A DNA stretch of 29,905 bases, from IMG/VR virus record IMGVR_UViG_2724679704_000001. One strand, 5' to 3'. Positions within the stretch are counted from its first letter, which is position 1. Each line of letters begins with the position of its first letter. The stretch comes from a virus. Both the position numbers and the translations under genes were made by a program. Below, piece by piece: positions 16,555 through 26,375 of the stretch. The notes under the pieces were generated by a model. It was given only the letters and a program-made list of their open reading frames with translations, was not told the origin of the DNA and did no database searches.

Positions 16555-17720
16555 GCCCCGCTGCCACCATGCTGACTCATACGTGGTCGCATTTGAACCT
16601 GCTTGACTACTTCTCTTTCGTCATCGACGCAGACTGCTTCACCAACTTTATCGATTTTCTTGATATAGGTCTTCAGCTGACTCCCCATGTACTCCTGACT
16701 TAGTTCGTTCAGCGACTGAATATCAGTACGAGTAGTGATTTTGTGACAGAAAATCAAGTCCATTTGGGACACGACATCTGAGGATACAGCACTTGGCTGT
16801 TGAGTTGCTATGCCGAGCGACAGCCCCGGCTGACGTCCCTCCTTGATCCATCGAATCAAGATATCCTTCGCAAGCGAGGACGACCCGGACGGTGCAAAAT
16901 TGTGTGCTTCATCGATGAATAGCCAGACCTTCGGAATATCAGAGGACAACTGTAGTTCCTCTCGACGGCGCGCTTTCGATCGCTCATCAAATATTTTTTT
17001 TGTCAGTACGTAGACGACCAAATTACGAAGACCGTACTTCCCTGGGTCGAGAACACTCACGTCGAGAATATTAACCCGAGAAGGATCGAGATTGTTCCAG
17101 ATGTCTGTATATGAGTCACTAAAGATGCCCCATTCGTGTGCCATCTCTAGACGATTGACAAGAGCGTCCACAGTCCGCTCGTTTGCTTTTTCGTCGTATT
17201 CAACTTCTTCGATGAGCTCGTCCAGGTCAAAGAAGTCTTGAGATTCGTTTAGCGAACGGACAGCTCGGTACAACGCAATACCCATCGGTTTGTTTATATT
17301 GAGATCGAAGAGTTCACACCACCCATCGGGAGAAATGTCAGAAGGATTGAGACGCAGGCTCTCGATTTCAATACCGCGGCGCATCATCTCATCGTAGACT
17401 TCAGGTCCGTAACGTTCTGTTGGATCGCCCGGAACGAGGAGTGTAGTGTCAAATCCAGTCGGCTGCATTCCCCAATCCCAGAGGAGATCTTGCTGTTCGT
17501 CATTTGGTTCGGCCATCGTCCAGTAAATCCCCATCGGGTCAACAACAAGGGGAACTGTGTCGGGCATCTCTCGGTTGACCTCCTCGATGACGTTTCCCAA
17601 CGAATAGCTCTTGCCGGTCCCTCGCTTCCCACAAACGAATAGAGCACGGGCCTTCGAAGTGTCAATAAGCGTTTCCTCGCCGCTATCACGTTCCTCGCCA
17701 ATGAATATTTCTTGTGTCAT
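16551..17720 (-). CDS. HerA/DUF87-like P-loop ATPase, no obvious N-terminal HAS barrel
   Basis: FVCGKRGTGKSY, VVDPMGIY, WLFIDEAHNF, IKEGRQPGLSLGIATQQPS. Confidence 0.85.
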   Translation of the reverse strand: MTQEIFIGEERDSGEETLIDTSKARALFVCGKRGTGKSYSLGNVIEEVNREMPDTVPLVVDPMGIYWTMAEPNDEQQDLLWDWGMQPTGFDTTLLVPGDPTERYGPEVYDEMMRRGIEIESLRLNPSDISPDGWCELFDLNINKPMGIALYRAVRSLNESQDFFDLDELIEEVEYDEKANERTVDALVNRLEMAHEWGIFSDSYTDIWNNLDPSRVNILDVSVLDPGKYGLRNLVVYVLTKKIFDERSKARRREELQLSSDIPKVWLFIDEAHNFAPSGSSSLAKDILIRWIKEGRQPGLSLGIATQQPSAVSSDVVSQMDLIFCHKITTRTDIQSLNELSQEYMGSQLKTYIKKIDKVGEAVCVDDEREVVKQVQMRPRMSQHGGSGA

Positions 17721-18892
17721 TTCAGATCCTCGTATTCAATTAACGGAACAATGGACTCTTGGTACGAAAAGCCACCGTGTACTCCTGGTTCGTTACTTCG
17801 TAGGTTATTGAATATGTATGGGTGATAAAGCCGGAGATATTGCTGACCAGCCCAGAAGGATGTTTCACCAACGGACTCAGGAACAGATGCGCTGGCTGGA
17901 GGGTCTTCATAGTCCCGACGAATTCCCTGCTTCCACTTTTCATCGAGTGCCTCAAAGTCAGTATCCATCCGCCAGAGAATACCATGGTCGGCAACAGCGA
18001 AAATACGGAATGAGTCCGTTTCTTTGCTGATCGTTTCACGGAGGTCAGACAACTTTTGATGAACTGCGTCTACCTCACTCTGGATCACAGGATCCTCCTT
18101 CATTCGGTGCGCTACACGTTCAGGACCGGTGAGAGTGAACTGGAGATAGGTCTTTGGTCGATACCAATCGTGGGTCTGTAGATATGAGATGGAATCACCA
18201 AAGTCCTGGATGTTTCCGATTACGTCGTTCTTGGAGAAACCATCGTGTAATTCGTCAGAAAGGTCGTTATCCTTACGTTCCCAGTAGGTGAACGCCTTCC
18301 GGGTTTTATATCCCTTGTTGAAGAGCCGATATTGGAGATGCTTCCCATTAGACGCCCCACGGACGACATTTGGGTAGCCACAATCTGTACGTGTTGGGCA
18401 ATCAACATAGATTGGCTCTGCCTCATAGCCTGAGTCTGTCCAATCCTGATAGGAGAGGCCATCAACAATAACCAGCGCAATGACATCAACACCAGATGCC
18501 GCCTCCGTGATGAGATCGCCGACCTCTGATTGACAAGTGGTTGTGCTCTCCACATCGTCCCAAGAAATCGAACCCTCTGATATGAGTCTATTGAGCGACC
18601 TATCGTAAACGGTGCCAGTGTATTCGACCTGTTCTATCGAAGGTGGGTTGTAGAGCGTAAGTGACCTATCAAAGGACGGCTTAGGTCCCTGATCTCGAAT
18701 GATCACATCGGTTTCAATCAAATTAGTCGGAGACTCATAGAGGCGGTAAAACTCTTCAAGCGATTCAACGGTATCGATACCATGCCTGTTTTGTAGTACC
18801 CGAGACTCGAGCCCTCCGATATTTGCGACAACTGGTCCGTCACGTGTCGCTTCAGCCAAGGCAGACAGTGACTCGATGGTACAGGTGGACAC
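17717..18892 (-). CDS. pglZ: PglZ-like alkaline-phosphatase-superfamily protein (compact)
   Basis: LVIVDGLSY, CPTRT, AVADHG, HGGFSYQESIVP match PglZ motifs; GTG start 5 nt after the large ATPase stop. Confidence 0.8.
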   Translation of the reverse strand: MSTCTIESLSALAEATRDGPVVANIGGLESRVLQNRHGIDTVESLEEFYRLYESPTNLIETDVIIRDQGPKPSFDRSLTLYNPPSIEQVEYTGTVYDRSLNRLISEGSISWDDVESTTTCQSEVGDLITEAASGVDVIALVIVDGLSYQDWTDSGYEAEPIYVDCPTRTDCGYPNVVRGASNGKHLQYRLFNKGYKTRKAFTYWERKDNDLSDELHDGFSKNDVIGNIQDFGDSISYLQTHDWYRPKTYLQFTLTGPERVAHRMKEDPVIQSEVDAVHQKLSDLRETISKETDSFRIFAVADHGILWRMDTDFEALDEKWKQGIRRDYEDPPASASVPESVGETSFWAGQQYLRLYHPYIFNNLRSNEPGVHGGFSYQESIVPLIEYEDLK

Positions 18893-18897
18893 GGGAG

Positions 18898-21800
18898 TTA
18901 CCTATGTTCGCTTTTGATCGAGAGCGTGATATGGTTCCCCTCGAATAAGGTTTCCAGATCGGCAAAGAACTCTGCAACGTCGGTGTCACCTTTCTTTTCA
19001 GAGACTGCAATTAGGACGCTCTCCAAGTCAGACTGATCCCGATAGTCCAGTTCATCCATAATATATTCAAGATCTTCTGGGGGAGTCTCAGTGACCTGTC
19101 GCCACTCGCGAACGTCTTGATGGAGTGCCTCAATTGAATCTCGGATTTCGTCGATTCGTTCGCCGACGTTCACCTCGCGATTGTCAATCGAGAGACTCAA
19201 TTTCTCATCGGTGTTGGGGAACGAGTTCGAACGGCCATCCTCAGTCGGAAGTTGGATAGCCGAAGTGATATCCATTTGACTGACAGCCTGATGGATATCT
19301 TCAATAGTAGATTCGAAGTCGGCTATCTGATCGCGGATATCAGCCGGAGTCGGGTCAGCTTCATCCGGAACCTGATTCAACAACTCAGCATACTCAATGC
19401 TGGTCTCAATCGATTTGATATCGGACTTTACATCTTCGATTCCATCGCTGTTCTCGACCAGCTGACGGCGGAACTCATGCTTGAGGTCATTACGTGACTT
19501 CTCAGCATTGTTAGGACTCAGGTTTTGTCTGATACTTGGGTGGCCGGAAGTACCAATCTTCAGCGTGTTCTCAAGCACATTCTTCCGGTAATTGAAGTTC
19601 TCTTCGTCCCCCTGAGTTATCTCCTCGAATTGGTCTTTGAGGTCTTCGAACTGCTGCCGATACATTTCGGCATTCCGCAGTGCCTGAGGGAAGTCGTCGT
19701 GGTCACCGCCTTTCTGGAACTCAGTCTGAATCTCACTCATCAGAGCGGTAAGCTCATCTCTGATTGACATCGCGGCACTGTTGTCAGGATGGGTGTTTGC
19801 ATACTGAACAATGTCCGAACGAGCGGCGTCCATGTCATTCGCAAGTCGACACCAATCCGCGTAGTCAGCCGCGTCCTCTTTGATATCCTCTAATTCTTCA
19901 TCAACCTGCTCAGCGATTTCTTTCGCCTCGCTAATTGAGTCCTGTAGAGTATTAATCTCACTCAGAGTTGCCGTGCCAGATGTAATCTCGAGATCTGTAT
20001 CAAGATCAGAGCGGGCAGAGTCGGCCTCTGTAGTTGCTTTTGTAAAGTTGGATGATAGTTCAGTCTCGATGTCTTTGATATGGAGGCCGAACGGAACATT
20101 AGACTTCTCGACAGTCTTTTTCAGATCGCGAGGCTTGTTTCTGGATGAAAGCCCTTTGAGTCTGTCTATTGTTCCTCGGGCACGTTCATGAAGGGTCGCA
20201 CTTGTGGCCTTGATCTGCGTCGAGATCTGCGAATCTACCGCTTCTAGCTCGGCGTTAAGATCATCAAGTATCTCAATGTCGTCATTCGTCGTTCCACTGA
20301 GTTCCTCCTCGATGCGATCCAACTCATCAGTGATCGAGTCATACTCACTCCACTCGTTCGAGATTTCGTTGAGCTCGGCAGCCGTGTTTCGGAGTGATTC
20401 CAGCCGAGATTTGACTTGGTCGATGTCGATAGCAATGTCGCTCAGTTCGACCGTGCCATCGTTTTGATCATGCTTGATGAAATCTCGACCAACAAGGAGA
20501 CGGATTGCCCAGTCAACTTCTTCCTGCCGGTACCCCTTCTCCCCGGCTACATCATATAACTCACTGACGGCGACAGTTTCCTTCTCTTGCTCCTCGATAT
20601 GGTCTTTAACAAGTTCTTCAAGCGGATGAAGGGTCAACCGAACCCTGGCATCCTTGCCCTGCCAGACTTCGGTGTCAACGAGATCTTCAAATTGTTTATC
20701 AAGGCGTGTTTTTGCTGTCGAATTACTAGATACCCCGATCGCGTTGGAAATATCGCTTTTTGTACCTTCAATTGGGGTATTACCCCGCTTTTGTGAGATC
20801 CGGATATTCGGATCGTTTCCTACTAGGAGGGATTCATAGTCATCTAAGAAGGTCTGGTAATTGTCCGAGATGAAGAGGGTTTTATAATCAGGATAGACCT
20901 CTTCGATTACACGGTTGAAGATTTTCTCGACGACCTTTGACGGATCAACGGTCCGGCGACTACTCCCTGATTCATCGAGGAAGTCGTCCCCATTCAGGGG
21001 AGGGCCAAACGCCTTCTGAATGCTTTGCGTGACTAGCTGGTCACGGATATATTCCAACTGTGTCTCCTGGTTGGGATTGACTGTTTGGTTCTCCTCCCAA
21101 TTACGCATGAAGTGATGCAAGGAGAGCAGCAGATGAGGGCTGACGTCTTCCGGACTCATGTAATCTTCCAACATAACGATATTGCTCGGGAGGCTGTCGA
21201 AAGAATCAGCTAAGTCTAGATGTAGAAGAACCTCGTCAGTAGATACCCGTTCGATGTGAGGGGTGACTTCAGTCTGCTTCTCCATGTTAACGGCAAAGCC
21301 AATCGTGAGGTCAGTATCTGTGCCTTCATCGGGCGATTTAACTGATGTAGCATCCGTGCCCATTCGGATTTCAATAAGCCGCTCAGGGTACTCTTGCCCG
21401 TTGAATGACCCACGAAAGACTGCCGCGTACACTCCTCCAGTTTCGGGCTCAAAGGCGTGTTCGGTAACCCAGCTGCTCAGACTCTTTCCTCGAACAGCGG
21501 GGAAGAGTTCTTCCGAAGCAACAAATTCTCGGAACGTCTCAGAAGCGTTCGAATCGTATATGTCTGTGGTGTCATAATCCCGATAGAACTGTGTGAACAG
21601 TTCGTCTTTGATCCCACGATCCTCTCCTTCCCGCTCAAGACGTTTGAGCGTGCGCCCTTCCTCGTGTGTGATGATGAGCTGTCCGTGAAGTTCTCCTTTG
21701 ACCTGTTCTTTCGCCTCGTGAACCCCATACTGCTTCAGTAGGTCATCTGAGACTCCTCGAGGGAATACCCCACACAGCTTGATGAAATTCTCACGATCGG

Positions 21801-22989
21801 AGGTACTTATTTGATCAGAATTAATCGCCTCTGTGATTGCGGTTTTGATGTGGTCTCCTTTGAATCGGACAACGCCATTATAGTACGCATTAGCGAGGTC
21901 AAGAGCATCAAACGCCTCCGACTCAGAGAGGTAGTGCTCGATAGCGATCGTGAGAATGTCCACAACTGAACGAGGGCCGTTTGAAAGAGGAGGTCCACGT
22001 TCACAGATCTGACCAATTGCGTCTAGCGTATCCTCGGTAATTACTTCGTAGCGTCTGTCCTTGAAACCGTAAGTTTCAGCCAGACTTTCCCACAGCTTAG
22101 TCGGGAAATCTCGGTTGTAAACATTCGCTAAGTTGAGTTGAACGTTCTGTTCTGCTAACCGCGCAAGAACATCGTCTGCATTCACGTCCAGGTCTCCGTG
22201 GAGACCATCGTCCATGGTGAACAGAAGACCCAAGCCGTCGCCTTCGTTCAGGCCGAGGGCTGTGCTTTTTGCAATATCACGTAGCTTAGAGTATGCTTCT
22301 TTGTCAGACGAGTGGCTGGATATGAACTGCTGAAGTTCGTCGGCAATAACGACGAGGCCTTTGTACCCAGCGTCTTTTGCGATCTGATTACATTCAGAAA
22401 GGAAATCCAGGACGTGTTGGACCGAGAATTCGATATCAATCGATCCCGACTCGATTAGTCGCTCGAACTCTTCCCGGGTTTGATCTTTGTCATCGAATCC
22501 AGTTTGGTCAACAATATCTTCGACGTTACTGGTCACTTTGGCCTGGTACCGCTGTTCGAGGGTTTCTAGATGCTCTTCTCGGTCCCTCAAGCGGAACCGC
22601 ATCCATCCGTACACGGCGTCGACAATTGACTGTAGTTCATCGAAATAGATCGGAGGGGTAGTAATGTAGTTGTCTTCCTGGTCAAGAAGGTACCAAACTT
22701 TTCCCGTTGTACTGGTCTTCCCAAACCCGTAGGGGCCCACAATGTATCCAGGAACAGATTTATTCAGATCTTCATCTTCGAGGGCTCCAGTCAACGAATC
22801 AATAAACCGTTGAATGTCTGGCTGGATCAGGTGAGTCCGAGCGTACTCAATGTATTCGGTCTCGATATCGCTCGGCTGGTCTAAAAATCGGTGAGCGCTT
22901 GATGTATTGACAATCCCCTCATCTTTGTTCAGCGTGTCATTGAGTTCTCGAAGAGAGGACTCGATATTTTGCGCATTCGCCTGTCCCAT
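18898..22989 (-). CDS. BrxC/PglY-like large P-loop ATPase with wHTH-like segments and a long coiled-coil tail
   Basis: 1363 aa; IVGPYGFGKT Walker A, VVIADELQQF Walker B near the N-terminus; heptad-rich acidic C-terminal third; directly upstream of PglZ. Confidence 0.75.
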   Translation of the reverse strand: MGQANAQNIESSLRELNDTLNKDEGIVNTSSAHRFLDQPSDIETEYIEYARTHLIQPDIQRFIDSLTGALEDEDLNKSVPGYIVGPYGFGKTSTTGKVWYLLDQEDNYITTPPIYFDELQSIVDAVYGWMRFRLRDREEHLETLEQRYQAKVTSNVEDIVDQTGFDDKDQTREEFERLIESGSIDIEFSVQHVLDFLSECNQIAKDAGYKGLVVIADELQQFISSHSSDKEAYSKLRDIAKSTALGLNEGDGLGLLFTMDDGLHGDLDVNADDVLARLAEQNVQLNLANVYNRDFPTKLWESLAETYGFKDRRYEVITEDTLDAIGQICERGPPLSNGPRSVVDILTIAIEHYLSESEAFDALDLANAYYNGVVRFKGDHIKTAITEAINSDQISTSDRENFIKLCGVFPRGVSDDLLKQYGVHEAKEQVKGELHGQLIITHEEGRTLKRLEREGEDRGIKDELFTQFYRDYDTTDIYDSNASETFREFVASEELFPAVRGKSLSSWVTEHAFEPETGGVYAAVFRGSFNGQEYPERLIEIRMGTDATSVKSPDEGTDTDLTIGFAVNMEKQTEVTPHIERVSTDEVLLHLDLADSFDSLPSNIVMLEDYMSPEDVSPHLLLSLHHFMRNWEENQTVNPNQETQLEYIRDQLVTQSIQKAFGPPLNGDDFLDESGSSRRTVDPSKVVEKIFNRVIEEVYPDYKTLFISDNYQTFLDDYESLLVGNDPNIRISQKRGNTPIEGTKSDISNAIGVSSNSTAKTRLDKQFEDLVDTEVWQGKDARVRLTLHPLEELVKDHIEEQEKETVAVSELYDVAGEKGYRQEEVDWAIRLLVGRDFIKHDQNDGTVELSDIAIDIDQVKSRLESLRNTAAELNEISNEWSEYDSITDELDRIEEELSGTTNDDIEILDDLNAELEAVDSQISTQIKATSATLHERARGTIDRLKGLSSRNKPRDLKKTVEKSNVPFGLHIKDIETELSSNFTKATTEADSARSDLDTDLEITSGTATLSEINTLQDSISEAKEIAEQVDEELEDIKEDAADYADWCRLANDMDAARSDIVQYANTHPDNSAAMSIRDELTALMSEIQTEFQKGGDHDDFPQALRNAEMYRQQFEDLKDQFEEITQGDEENFNYRKNVLENTLKIGTSGHPSIRQNLSPNNAEKSRNDLKHEFRRQLVENSDGIEDVKSDIKSIETSIEYAELLNQVPDEADPTPADIRDQIADFESTIEDIHQAVSQMDITSAIQLPTEDGRSNSFPNTDEKLSLSIDNREVNVGERIDEIRDSIEALHQDVREWRQVTETPPEDLEYIMDELDYRDQSDLESVLIAVSEKKGDTDVAEFFADLETLFEGNHITLSIKSEHR

Positions 22990-23076
22990 AGTAACTATAC
23001 CCTTCTGGCACTTCTCTGTTAATAAATTATTGGATGATCGACAGACAGTAGAGAAGGGGGATATCTCCTGTAAGTA

Positions 23077-23478
23077 TCAGTTGTCAGAGAGTGTAACACG
23101 CGCTTTTGTTTCCGGAACCGGTTTGCGCGAAACTGAAATCACCGTGTCTGGAGTGTCAAATCCAATAATTTCACGCGCTCTGCGTGACGCTGTCCTGGTT
23201 GCCGGTACATTATCGACGAAGAGGACTTGTGTTGAGGCATTTTTCACGGGCAGCCATGGAGCGTATCCCCACCCGTTCTGATGAACCATCATATATTTAG
23301 CCAGCGTGGTCTTGCCAACACCTCTTGCTCCATACAAGTTGTAATGACCGCCGTCCTGATCAGCAAATTCCAAAAGTTTCGAGCGTACTGCGATCTGATC
23401 TTCGGTCAGGAGGTCATCTTGTAGTCGCCGCTTTGCCTCATTAGATTTCTGTAGTAGTTCTGCAACAGGTGACGACAT
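23077..23478 (-). CDS. Small P-loop protein in the BrxB position
   Basis: 133 aa from ATG 23478 (1 nt after the upstream stop); LYGARGVGKTT and VLFVDN. Confidence 0.7.
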   Translation of the reverse strand: MSSPVAELLQKSNEAKRRLQDDLLTEDQIAVRSKLLEFADQDGGHYNLYGARGVGKTTLAKYMMVHQNGWGYAPWLPVKNASTQVLFVDNVPATRTASRRAREIIGFDTPDTVISVSRKPVPETKARVTLSDN

Positions 23479-23479
23479 G

Positions 23480-24340
23480 CTATTGGAGGTCATCAAGAGT
23501 TACTTCTCGGTCTAATCGAAGGTTGAGACCAAAGTCATGTTTCTTTGAGAAGAATGGATACGCCTGTTCAGCGTACTCGGTTACCTCATCGAACCCATCA
23601 TCAGAGAGGAGGCACATCTGTTGAATTCGAACTTTGGTATCATCTGTCACTCTGAGGAGCGTCTCATAATCTGTCTCGTTTTGCTTATAGATATGATCCA
23701 CGGCCAAGATCATAAGTTCCGGAGGGCAGAACGCACGTCGCTCGAATCCGGGACTCCCAGAGTCATCCTCCACTAGCACCTCGGGGGATAGTTCCGCAAG
23801 ATACTGCAGATAATTATTGAAACTCTTTGTACTAAGTGACACGCCGCTTCGTGTCTTGGAAACGTCGACATCTGGACTCTGTTCTGCTAATTCGGTGACT
23901 TCACCAACAATTGTTCCACGCTCTCCCCGAAAAGTGCTAAACGGAGAATTATCATAGAGATAGTTGGTCATCTCTCTGTATGTGTACGACATAAATACAT
24001 ATCTGTCTGGGTATCTCTCAAAAGCAGAGTAATAAAGAAAATGAAGTACCGTATTAAACAGGTTCCGATCCCTATACATGATATCGACCAGGGAGTCACC
24101 GAGTTCAGTAAACTGAAATTGATCGGTGGGATCGACAATCCCGAGCCGGCCAAGCACCGAACCTTCTGTAGATTTCTCCTTGCTTCCGATTGAGTGGCCA
24201 AGATCTCTGGCCGATTCAAGAAGCCCTGGATTCGATGATGGCGATGTTGCCTCCACGGTGTCCAAATATTCATACAACTCCTGAGGGCCAGGGTCACTAA
24301 TATGGAATTTTGAAGTGTAATGACTCATCTCGTCATTCAA
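23480..24340 (-). CDS. Winged-helix-like protein in the BrxA/SspB/DpdG position
   Basis: VLGRLGIVDPTDQFQFTELGDSL wHTH-like segment; SD GAGGTG 5 nt before TTG 24340 (alternative ATG 24328); family inferred from position. Confidence 0.6.
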   Translation of the reverse strand: MNDEMSHYTSKFHISDPGPQELYEYLDTVEATSPSSNPGLLESARDLGHSIGSKEKSTEGSVLGRLGIVDPTDQFQFTELGDSLVDIMYRDRNLFNTVLHFLYYSAFERYPDRYVFMSYTYREMTNYLYDNSPFSTFRGERGTIVGEVTELAEQSPDVDVSKTRSGVSLSTKSFNNYLQYLAELSPEVLVEDDSGSPGFERRAFCPPELMILAVDHIYKQNETDYETLLRVTDDTKVRIQQMCLLSDDGFDEVTEYAEQAYPFFSKKHDFGLNLRLDREVTLDDLQ

Positions 24341-24375
24341 TTAGACACCTCAAACAAATATCTACCTCTAGATAA

Positions 24376-25443
24376 TCAGTTCCGGACCGACTCGGTTGAT
24401 GTAAAGTTCTTTAGGTAGCCGGTATACTTTGAGTTAGGATTCATCATCTCGATGAGTTCTTCGAGCGAATATTCTAGGATCATGTCTGTCATCTCACGCA
24501 TAACAATAAGATTATGTAAAATTCGATGTTGACGACTGTTTTGCAGGGATTCGAATGACTGACAGTACGGACATTCATGTCCGGTCTCCTCTTTTATTTC
24601 CCTCAATTCCTCTCGGAAGACTGTAGGACCGGACCGATTGCGAAGGTGCGTAACATTAAGCCGACTTTTAAATGGGAAAAAGATATTTCCATAACCCCCA
24701 GATCGTATCCAGCCAGTCGAATCGAACGTATCAACACCACACTGATATAGGATAGGAATTGAAGTTGGCCCACCAATTCCGAATGCATGGACGTCTAGAT
24801 CATACTTCCGAGCCTCTTTCACAACGAATTGTAGTAGTTCGAGATTCTCCTCATTCAAATAATTCACACCCCCATTTACTCCTCCGGTACCAAAGCTCCC
24901 AAACCCAATTTTATTTATTTTGTCAAACTTCCTATAAACATCGAGACACTCAACGATTTGTTGTTTAGTATGCCCCTGGATTACTGGCACTGCGCGCTCT
25001 TGCTTGTCGCTTGGTAGTTCATTATATAGCATTCGAGAGAGAGAGATTGTGTCTTGGACCTTCTGCTCTATCGTTGCCTCGTCGTCTCCTTCTACGGGCA
25101 CTTGGTCGGGCAGAACTAATTCGTCAGGCCAGTCTGTCGACAAGTAGTATTCTCGATCAAATGTATAGATGTCTTTCATCGTATATTCATCGTTGACTTG
25201 AGACTCATACCCTCCCGAATCACAAGCGAATGTGAGATCGTAGGACGATGAAAGCGATTCAAGATAATCAACCGCAATCTCTGAGGAGGTAAGCGGACAA
25301 AACATCATCCGACCAAGAGCATACTCTACAAGGTTGTATTCCTCGAGGTCCTCCACGATATCGATAAGCTGAGAACGATTGATTTGCGCGACAGACGCCA
25401 CGAATTCCATCTCGCCGACGTCATCGAATTGGTATCGTCGCAT
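24376..25443 (-). CDS. dpdA: TGT-family deazaguanine transglycosylase, DpdA-like (probably DNA-acting)
   Basis: CDSGGYE, LPDQVP, PVIQG, VHAFGIG, GVDTFDS (catalytic Asp), zinc site HECPYC...HN; 355 aa with no PUA extension. Confidence 0.82.
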   Translation of the reverse strand: MRRYQFDDVGEMEFVASVAQINRSQLIDIVEDLEEYNLVEYALGRMMFCPLTSSEIAVDYLESLSSSYDLTFACDSGGYESQVNDEYTMKDIYTFDREYYLSTDWPDELVLPDQVPVEGDDEATIEQKVQDTISLSRMLYNELPSDKQERAVPVIQGHTKQQIVECLDVYRKFDKINKIGFGSFGTGGVNGGVNYLNEENLELLQFVVKEARKYDLDVHAFGIGGPTSIPILYQCGVDTFDSTGWIRSGGYGNIFFPFKSRLNVTHLRNRSGPTVFREELREIKEETGHECPYCQSFESLQNSRQHRILHNLIVMREMTDMILEYSLEELIEMMNPNSKYTGYLKNFTSTESVRN

Positions 25444-25792
25444 GAAGCTACTTACTCAGATACCCTACCTCACTCGTCATATCATTTGTGTCTTCAATAC
25501 AGGGAGTGTAAGCACAGATATATTATAATAACATTACTATTATCCCGATTCTTGTTCCGTTGAATCCACAGAAGGTGAGTAACCGATGCTACGTTCGAAT
25601 ATAGAGTGGAATGTTTGTGATCTATGTTTGTGATTTCACGAGACTATTTCATTTATTCTAGTGTAGCTAACAATATACGCGAAAATTTCGCGATACTACA
25701 ATGAGCCACAACCTGCTCAGCGAACGGAGCATTACTTCTCAGAGACTGGAAGTAGCAAGACCACTTTGGGGTCTATCAGCTGGGAACTGTTA

Positions 25793-26164
25793 CTAAGATT
25801 GGATGGTAATACTCACTTTGTAAGGTACTTTCACAGTGTCTTTGCCAAGTGAAAGCGCTTTGTGCGTATTTCCAGATTCGTCTTGTACAATCAGTGTCGT
25901 TGATCGATCTTTCAAACGGAAGATAGCATAGTGAGTATAGGTATCTGTCTGAAGTGCCTGAAGATCAACGGGAGGCGAATCCTCTAACGATCCGATTTCA
26001 GTTACTTTTCCCACCTCGGTGGTTGCTCCCTGCCTTTTGTAAAATTTGAGCTGATACAGCATCTCTCCAGATTTGCCGTCCATTTGCTTTTCATCAGGGG
26101 CTCGCGTGGAGTCTATTTCACTCAAGGACAAGCTACTCTCTCGTTGATCTTCTCGTTTACTCAT
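25793..26164 (-). CDS. Hypothetical protein
   Basis: 123-aa ATG ORF on the same strand, upstream of the dpdA operon; no recognisable motif. Confidence 0.55.
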   Translation of the reverse strand: MSKREDQRESSLSLSEIDSTRAPDEKQMDGKSGEMLYQLKFYKRQGATTEVGKVTEIGSLEDSPPVDLQALQTDTYTHYAIFRLKDRSTTLIVQDESGNTHKALSLGKDTVKVPYKVSITIQS

Positions 26165-26375
26165 TGTCTATTCTTATCGTAGTGTATATTTGTAATCTTG
26201 GATGGTGTTGTTCATCTTCTTGATCGGTCGAGATCTCCTCAACATTTGGCGGAAAAGTGTCTCTCACCAATCCGGCGAAAATCCGTGTGAAAGGTGTCCA
26301 TACTTTGTGAATAAGTGTTCATAATCCAAAACTAGTGAACAGGCCCGTACTCGATAATTAAGCTGGATCCTAATA

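Noticed and set aside
18898-22989. SMC/Rad50 or Wadjet JetC
   Set aside because: Walker A and B are both near the N-terminus rather than split across the termini; no LSGG signature or kleisin partner seen.
24376-25443. Housekeeping archaeosine tRNA-guanine transglycosylase
   Set aside because: Too short, no PUA-type C-terminal domains, island-like composition, and first gene of an ATPase/PglZ operon; not formally excluded without a phylogeny.
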